From Hormiphora californensis (taxonomy: Eukaryota; Animalia; Ctenophora), in assembly GCA_020137815.1 (NCBI GenBank), contig CM035361.1:4960001-5024000 (forward strand): a DNA stretch of 64,000 bases, written 5' to 3'. A program made the position numbers and the translations under genes. Under the pieces are notes generated by a model. That model did no database searches. It saw only the letters and a list, made by a program, of their open reading frames with translations, and had not been told where the DNA came from. This document shows positions 40,618-64,000 of the stretch, in pieces. Position 1 is the first letter of the stretch. The number at the start of each line of letters is the position of its first letter.

Positions 40618-41812
40618 CTTTTTAGCACACGTGCTAAAACGATCATCCGGGTGGATGCCCTTCGGGCATCCACCCGGGCAGGGAAAAAATATATGTCCAA
40701 CATGCGGACGTTTCCGCCCGTAGCTACCTCTAGCTGGGTTTAACAGTGTGTATATAATGTATGTACAAAAAACAGAATCAATAAACTGTCGTGATAACAA
40801 GTGATGAGTAGCGTGTAGAAGGGATGTTGTAAATAATTTGAATGAGGAATGAGGATGTGCTCGATATGGAGCAGCGCAAGGAAAAGGACCCAGGGATCGA
40901 TGTGGAGGAGGTAGGAGTAAAGGGCCCAGGGATCGATGTATAGGAGGTTGGGAAAGGACCCAAGGGTCGATGTGGAGCAAGGTAGGGAAAGGACCCAGGA
41001 ATCGATGTGGAGGAGGTAGGAGTAAATAACCCAGGGATCGATGTGAAGGAGGTTGGGAAAGGACCCAGGGATCGATGTGGAGCAAGGTAGGGAAAGGACC
41101 CAGGAATCGATATGGAGGAGGTTGTAGTAAAGGACCCAGAAATCAATGTGGAGGAGGTAGGAGTAGAGGACCCAGGGATCAATGTCGAGTGAAAGTAGGA
41201 GTAAAGGACCCAGGGATCAACACGGAATAATGTAGGAGAGAAAGGATACAGGTATCGATGTGAAGGAATACACGAGAAAAAGGGAGCCCAGGAATCAGGA
41301 ATAGGAGTTGGAGACAGTAGTTACTCAGGAATCCATGTGGATGTACCAAATTTAGGGAAGTGAGGATTATTTTGCCGATCATTGGTTGTATGCTCTAAAG
41401 AAAAAGTGCGTCTTCAAGGATGTTTTAAAAGTAGTAAGGGATTCTGAGTCCCGGATTGATCGTGGTAGCTGATTCCATAATTTAGGTGCAGCAATACTGA
41501 AAGCGCCTCTAGTGTTTTCGTAGTGGTACTCACTCCTCCGCACCTCTTTCAGAGCGGTGACGTCATTATCCACTCGGAGTGATTTCACTTTCTGAGGCCG
41601 CTTCACTAACAACTCAGACATGTATGGAGGGGATTGATCATGAAGGGTCTTGTATACCATCAAGCAAATTTTGTACTCTATTCGCTGTTTCACAGGCAAG
41701 AAGTGTGATTTCATGCGAAGTTTTGTTACACCGCGTTTTCCTCTTTTCCCATAAATGTATCGTGTCGCACTGTTCTGAACTTTCTGTAGGTCGTAGTTTT
41801 GTCTTTGCTACA
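40618..41812 (-). mobile_element. 5'-truncated LINE of a different family (ORF2 C-terminus plus putative 3' UTR); both boundaries approximate
   Basis: ORF 41714-41379 has HFLPVKQRIEYKICLMVYK, RGAFSIAAPKLWNQLP..IR and FKTSLKTHFF, typical L2/CR1-group C-terminal motifs. Confidence 0.75.
40860..41345. repeat. Degenerate 30-36-bp minisatellite (GGACCCAGGGATCGATGTGGAGGAGGTAGGAGTAAA)
   Basis: About 13 units immediately downstream of the minus-strand LINE stop codon. Confidence 0.85.
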
Positions 41813-42667
41813 GGCCCTTAGAACGGGTTAAGAGGATGGGTCCTGGTCCGCATGGCATAGTGCGCAAAATATTCTTGACTTTTCGAGTTTCGAAAAAAAA
41901 AACCGCGCAACTTTTTCAGTTCGCGCCGTCACGATTCACTTTGAAGATTCTTCAGCGCGCGCAATTTCTGTCCAAAACAAGCGCGTTTGTATATTTGCGC
42001 GTCCAATTTTCTTAATTAAGCAATTAACGATTAATTAAACACTTTAGTTGGTCAAATTAGGTAAAATTATGTCGGAAAATGATAAATGTATCACTCTTTT
42101 TAAAGTCAAAGTGTCCCAAAAAGTCCAATCACTGTTTGAAATCATCCAACTTTGAGAGTCGATTCCTCTGTCCAGAAATCGTTTCTGGCTTATCCACCTA
42201 TACGTTGCACCAGTTCAAGGGATTCTCTACCTGGGAAAAAAAGATGGTTACTTATAAAGCTGTCGTTTAGTGGGACTAAGGGTCGGGGGAAGAGAGGTCA
42301 AATTAATTCAAATGGCCGTCAGTTGAAGACCAGAAGAATAAGAGACAAATCCTTCGACACGAAGGTGTCAAATTGTCTCCTCTAAGATATCCCAGAATTT
42401 GGGATTTTATGGATATTCCGTTCTCCCGTAATTGCCAAAAAACCGATTTGAGCAAATCGGCGATTACGCCACGGTTTTTGAGAGTTTCAAATCGAGACAT
42501 GTTCGTTGCATTCATTTAGAACATGACCGATCAGAAAATCCAAAAATTAAAACGCTAACTAGCGCCGTTTAGCAGAACGAAGCATTCTACGAGTGCCCTA
42601 GTCGTGACTGTGCCCCCTATGTGAGGGGATCGCCCTACGGGCGCGCGAACATGGGGGGCGCGACGTG

Positions 42668-43565
42668 CCCAACCCAATTACCAACCCAAGTCAAGTCCCA
42701 AGTACCAACCCAAGTCACCCAAGTACCAACCCAAGTCACGTCTCAAGTACCAACCCAAGTCACCCAAGTATCAACCCAAGTCAAGTCCCAAGTACCAGCC
42801 CAAGTCACCCAAGTACCAGCCCAAGTCACCCAAGTATCAACCCAAATCAAGTCCCAAGTACCAGCCCAAGTCACGTCCCAAGTACCAACCCAAGTCACGT
42901 CTCAAGTACCAACCCAAGTCACCCAAGTACCAGCCCAAGTCACCCAAGTATCAACCCAAATCAAGTCCCAAGTACCAGCCCAAGTCACGTCCCAAGTACC
43001 AGCCCAAGTTACGTTCCAAGTACCAACCCAAGTCACCCAAGTACCAACCCAAGTCACGTATCAAGTACCAACCCAAGTCACGTTCCAAGTGCCAACCCAA
43101 GTCACGTATCAAGTACCAACCCAAGTCACCCAATTACCAACCCAAGTCACCCAAGTCACCCAAGTCACCCAAGTGCCAACCCAAGTCACGTCCCAAGTAC
43201 CAGCCCAAGTTACCCAAGTCACCTAAGTACCAACCCAAGTCACCCAAGTCACCCAAGTACCAACCCAAGTCACCCAGGCCCAAGTTCCAGCCCAAGTCAC
43301 CCAAGTACCAACCCAAGTCACCCAAGTACCAACCCAAGTCAAGTCCCAAGTACCAACCCAAGTCACCCAAGTACCAACTCAAGTCACCCAAGTACCAACC
43401 CAAGTCACCCAATTACCAACTCAAGTCACGTTCCAAGTACCAACCCAAGTCGCGTTCCAAGTACCAACCCAAGTCACCCAAGTACCAACCCAAGTGAAGA
43501 CCCAAGTACCAACCCAGTACCAGTACCAGCAGTAGTACCAGCCCAATTAGCACAAATCCAAGTAT
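42668..43565. repeat. CCCAAGT-based minisatellite with 9-, 21- and 24-bp units
   Basis: About 900 bp of ACCAACCCAAGTCACCCAAGT variants; reads as (STNPSHP)n or (PTQVTQV)n. Confidence 0.92.
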
Positions 43566-44126
43566 CAACCAATCCATGGCCCAAGCTATTCGAAGTGGTA
43601 CTACCATGACGTAACACACACTGTTTGCGTTGCCGACCATTCCCATCTCATTTGTTTACCTTTCCACCACCATGACCTAACTTGGGTAGACCAGCACCGC
43701 TGCTATGCGGGGTTTATTATTAGTGACCGTATTATATAGTACCGCGCGGGGCACACCTCTGTTGATTGCTAAACTTAGGTCCAGGCTAGTGGGGTATGTC
43801 ATTGTTTGTCTTTCTGGGCGATGCGATGTGAGTTAGTGTCATAATATTGAACAGTGGTAGATGTTTCGGGCTAGATATTTGTTCGCTATTTCTTGACAAA
43901 TGCGATTTCAATATATGTGTTCCTTGAGTTCTATTCGGTTTTTTTTAAAGCAAATGTTCCGATTCTACGTCAGAAGATTTACGTTTGACTTGACATTGAG
44001 TTTAAATGATCTGGCGTAGGTATTTATACCTACTAGGTAATCTGAATGACTGCGAATCCGAATTGCCGTTCGAATGTTTCATGGTCAGTGCTGCTGTTCA
44101 TATCACACTGTCAGTGGTATAGCTGG

Positions 44127-44235
44127 CAGGAACCGACCGAAACAAGTAAACAACCAATCAGAATTCCTTATTTAGGTCACGTGATTGGTTATCAGCCAAT
44201 CAGGGACCAGTATTTCCTGATTCGGTCGGTTCCCG
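44127..44235 (-). mobile_element. 109-bp hAT-type MITE (reverse orientation)
   Basis: Perfect 8-bp TSD ATAGCTGG. Confidence 0.92.
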
Positions 44236-44490
44236 ATAGCTGGGCTGTTCACATTTTAATTTAAACAGAGCTGCTCCTCTCCTCCGTAACCCGATAATGG
44301 CGGTCTTTAGTCACAAAATAACATCAACATCCCATCATGGGCATGGTAATAGGACCATCTTTCTCAGTCCTATATTCCTCTCTCTCTAGTCTCTCTATCT
44401 CTCTCTATCTCTCCCTCTCTCTCTCGCTATCTCTCCCTCTCTCTCTCGCTATCTCTCTCTCTCTCTCTCTATCTCTCTCTATCTCTCTAG

Positions 44491-44582
<92 letters not shown>

Positions 44583-44766
44583 ACTCAGTTCTCTAACTCC
44601 ATCTGGACATCAATAATACTTTTCTATCTCTCTCCGACAATGATTCATGTTCGTATCACCACCACTATAGCAGCTACACATCGACACTGCTGTGTCACTT
44701 TAGACATTTTGGATCCTGAGTGTGAAGCTCTTAAACAGAGCTATCTGCATAGGAGGGACTGAGAGA

Positions 44767-44875
44767 CAGGAACCGACCGAATCAGGAAATACTGGTCCCT
44801 GATTGGCTGATAACCAGTCACGTGACCTAAATAACGAGTTCTGATTGGTTGTTTCCTTGTTTCGGTCGGTTCCTG
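44767..44875 (+). mobile_element. 109-bp hAT-type MITE
   Basis: Perfect TIRs and 8-bp TSD CTGAGAGA. Confidence 0.93.
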
Positions 44876-45624
44876 CTGAGAGATCATATCGCTGATCTTC
44901 AGCTTCGTTTAGAAATTCTTGTTGCCCTTTCTTCTAGATACGGATATGATGCCTTGGCCTTGTAGAGTAACATCAACAAAGGATTCCCGGGTCGCACCAC
45001 GTACGATATTGAATGCTTTACAAACCTCTTCTCTCTCAATCTCTCCCCCTCTCTCTCACTCTCACTCTTCCTCTCTCTCTCTCTCTCATCTCCTCTCTTC
45101 CCTCCCCCTCGCTCTCTCCCCCTATCTCACTCTTCCTCTCCTCTCTCTTCTCTCTTCTACCTCTCCTCTCTCTCTCTCGTCTTCTCTCTTTTTCTGATCT
45201 CTCGTCTCTCTCCCTCTCCTCTCTCCCCATTCTCGCTGATGGATCATGGTTTGTACCATTTCATGTTTTTGTAACGCGATGTTTACCCAAAACGCACCTT
45301 GGAGAAGCACAGACCCACCTGCTGAGCGACGAGAGGGAAGAAGAGCAGAGTAGAGAGAAGAAAGGAACCCCGGGGGGCAATTCGCTCGTCTCTCTTCTTC
45401 CCCCCTTCTTTCTCTCTCTTAGCTCTCTCTCTTTTCTCGCTTCTCTCTCTCCTCTCTCCTTTCCCCCTTTCTTTCGTTTGTCTTTTTGACGTTTTAAAAC
45501 CTTGAACACCATGAAACCCAAAGAAAGAACTTGTCCCGTTTGCTATTTTTATAGCTCCAATCAAGCTATTGTTATAACCAATGTTTTGTACCCAGACCCC
45601 ACATCATTGTACCTTTCATACTTT

Positions 45625-45810
45625 CCCTTTGGATCGTTCTGGGATTGTACCTTTGGATCGTTCTGGGATTGTACCTTTGGATCGTTCTGGGATTGTACCT
45701 TTGGATCGTTCTGGGATTGTACCTTTGGATCGTTCTGTGATTGTACCTTTGGATCGTTCTGGGATTGTACCTTTGGATCGTTCTGTGATTGTACCTTTGG
45801 ATCGTTCTGA
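45625..45810. repeat. About 8 x 24-bp tandem repeat (CCTTTGGATCGTTCTGGGATTGTA)
   Basis: Near-perfect units; the minus strand reads CAGAACGATCCAAAG|GTACAATCC. Confidence 0.92.
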
Positions 45811-46449
45811 GAGCGTTGTTCTTCTTGATCGTGTCTCTTTACTCAATATCTGTCTGGCGCACTATTTTATGATCAAATCGGGGTCAGATAGCTCAATATC
45901 TCACTATTCACTCAGTGGCCACTTCTAGTAGGGCAAACACCACATTGGGGGCAATGTCCGATTCAATAGCAGATCACTGGCCCTGCCAAGAATATTCAAT
46001 GCCATTTTTCTCGATCTTGTTGAGTAAACTTGTTTTGCCTCCATTCCCTGAACGTGATATAGACCAGTGCAGTATCACTTCCATTCTTTGATCCAAATAA
46101 TTCAGTTTATACGCCGTCCTTCTAGTTCTACCGACCTATTGGGGCCGGGCCTTTTTTTGTAACACACAACTTATACCACTTTGAGCTGGTATTGTTTATC
46201 TAGCGACCATATAGCACCCTCGCTCAGTGCAGCATCAGCAACACACATTCTAGCTTTACACAAACACAGTTCACTGTTCCTCAATTCTCATTGGTTGTTG
46301 CTCACCGGTCACGTGATCTTCATCAGCCAATCAGGAGAGCTTCATTTCACGTGATTAGTGGAACTTCCAATAGAAGCGCTGTTTTTGTAAAGCGTTGTTG
46401 ACTAGGGATCACTATCAGAGATGTGAATTGTGAGGGAGAGAGAGAGGGT

Positions 46450-46562
<113 letters not shown>

Positions 46563-47134
46563 ACGGCAACACCGCATTTCACCTTTTCCTTATGCTTGAC
46601 GTCTACCTTGTTTTCTTGAGTGTTTTTGTAATTTTAGTTTTGAATTTTCAATTGAGTCTGTAAAGCAAATTCTCCAATACTATCCCCTGTTTCCTGCAGT
46701 AGCGTTTCGATATATCGTTAGCTATTTCCACCTGAATCAAAATAGAACCAAGGATTAGGAAATTAGCCTACTCCGTTTTTCCATTGCATATATTCTTTGC
46801 AATTTGTGCCTTAGTTTGCTTTCCCCTTTTTCCCTCCCCACTTTCCATTTTTTTTCCAGCTAGCTACTCAGCTGAAGTACCTACTTCACACTGACTCATG
46901 CACCATCCGTGATTTGAATGATACACTAGTTCATAGCTCTGCCTATAATTTGGTAATAAAATTACCCCTCCGCGTTATAATAGCTCACGGAGCAATATAA
47001 TAACAGGGGTGACTTCGTAACCAAGCCTATAATAATCACGAAGCCTCTTCGCGAAGTCACCAGACACTTATGCACCCATCCGGCCATCCAATTCTCTGTA
47101 ACCCAGCTTCTCAACATCGATCCATCATACCCAG

Positions 47135-47332
47135 TCTCTCTCCAACCCTCTCCTTAACCCTCTCCAACTCTCTCCAACTCTCTCCAACCCTCTCCAACTC
47201 TCTCCAGTTCTCTCCAACTCTCTCCAACTCTCTCCAACTCTCCTCAACTCTCTCCAACCCTCTCCAACTCTCTCCACCCCTCTCCAACTCTCTCCAACTC
47301 TCATCACCCATCTCCAACTCTCACCAACTCTC
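47135..47332. repeat. (CTCTCCAACT)n 10-bp pyrimidine-rich repeat upstream of the acceptor at 47362
   Basis: About 19 units, directly visible. Confidence 0.88.
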
Positions 47333-47412
47333 GATCTCACAATTAACTCTCTATAATTTTAGGGTAGCAGAGTCTGTAGATCTACCCCAGCCACCTCGTG
47401 TATCAAGGTAGC

Positions 47413-62833
<15,421 letters not shown>

Positions 62834-62867
62834 GTGAGACATTGTTTTAACGGTGGCACGGGAGAAA

Positions 62868-62934
62868 TAGCATCCACTCCCATATTTGGTAGCACCCACT
62901 CCCATATTTGGTAGCACCCACTCCCATATTTGGT
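62868..62934. repeat. 3 x 22-bp tandem (TAGCACCCACTCCCATATTTGG) just after a donor
   Basis: Directly visible, about 35 nt into the intron. Confidence 0.8.
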
Positions 62935-63257
62935 ATGCGAGACGGTCGAGTTCGGCAAGCTCTTCCCTCACTTTAGCAGGGGCTACTCTTTTTTATTGTG
63001 AATATTAGCTATGTTGGTTCTTTTCCACATCAACTAACGCCCCATCCACTCAAACAAAGCTCATGTAATCGTTCAATTTCAGTTATTTTTCGTTGCAGCA
63101 TCAGCCAAAACTGAATGCTGAGTTTCAATGAAATTTTCTCAGTTTGATCACCAAAAACTCTTTGTAAATTTAGGGTGTGGTGACGTGACCTGTTGAAAAC
63201 AGGGTCTCCCATTGGCTGATTTAATCTTGGAGCTATATAGTTATCTTTTTCACACAA

Positions 63258-63301
<44 letters not shown>

Positions 63302-63467
63302 CAGCAATGCTTTCACTCACTTGGCCACGTAGAATCGTGTTAACTGTAATTCAAGCTTCGAGCCACCTGGCTTGGTGGACTAGGTCTCACATCAGATGGA
63401 GAGAGAGAGAGAGAGGGAGAGAAAAAGAGAGAGAGAGATCGAGAGAGCGGGAGAGCGAGAGAGCGAG

Positions 63468-63558
<91 letters not shown>

Positions 63559-64000
63559 CGAGCTTTATATCGTGCATAATATGCACATACGATGACATGT
63601 TTTATAACTCATGTCTCTCTCATATGACAGTACACACATGTGAAAGACATGTCTCATGTGGTGTCTTTTCATCCCAGAATCATATAACAAAGCTCATCTT
63701 AGCATATATATTATCCTATATTATCCTATATCAAGGGTTCCTAGACCAAGATGTTTGTTATTTCAAGCGGCCCCAGTCACACAGGACAGCTATACCCAGC
63801 ATGAAATAGACACGTCCCATTCTACACAGAGAGTCTACACAGCACAATCACATTCCATGTAGTGATCTAACTAGGCCTAACACATCATTAGCCACTGAAG
63901 CTTTCCAGCTCTCTCTCTCCTTAGTTAATGTAACAATCTTTCTTTTGCTCTCTTTAGTTAAAGTAACAATCTCACTAATATAGCTATCCACCCTCATCTA

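Noticed and set aside
41814-42620. Possible DNA-transposon fragment truncating the minus-strand LINE
   Set aside because: No matching second terminus, TSD or coding motif found.

Overview
Eukaryotic (animal) genomic DNA, rich in (CT)n/(GA)n microsatellites, with GT-AG introns; no prokaryotic features, rRNA, tRNA or CRISPR were seen. The 109-bp MITE resembles one I recall from ctenophore (Pleurobrachia-like) gene models, but the taxon is only a guess. Host genes: (1) a multi-exon inositol-trisphosphate 3-kinase (3194-10368, +) with two candidate alternative first coding exons; (2) an unrecognised 204-aa secreted precursor with a signal peptide and KR and RRKKR sites (16648-17972, +); (3) a nine-exon minus-strand gene model (20108-25593) with good splice sites but 3 in-frame stops and 3 frameshifts; (4) a Ser/Lys/Arg-dominated gene built from phase-2 symmetric exons (47413 to beyond 62833, +). 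Mobile DNA: a three-level nest (two-ORF LINE > TTAA-flanked non-autonomous piggyBac-like element > Gypsy with apparently identical LTRs but no integrase), two further LINE 3' fragments, ten copies of a hAT-type MITE and several foldback elements. Notable patterns: tandem arrays built from splice junctions or branch sites, and a candidate -1 frameshift site (A_AAA_AAC) joining LINE ORF1 to an ORF2 whose N-terminus has no AUG. Much of 52.9-61.4 kb is satellite, gap and low-quality duplicated sequence. Exon models were read by eye and have no transcript support.
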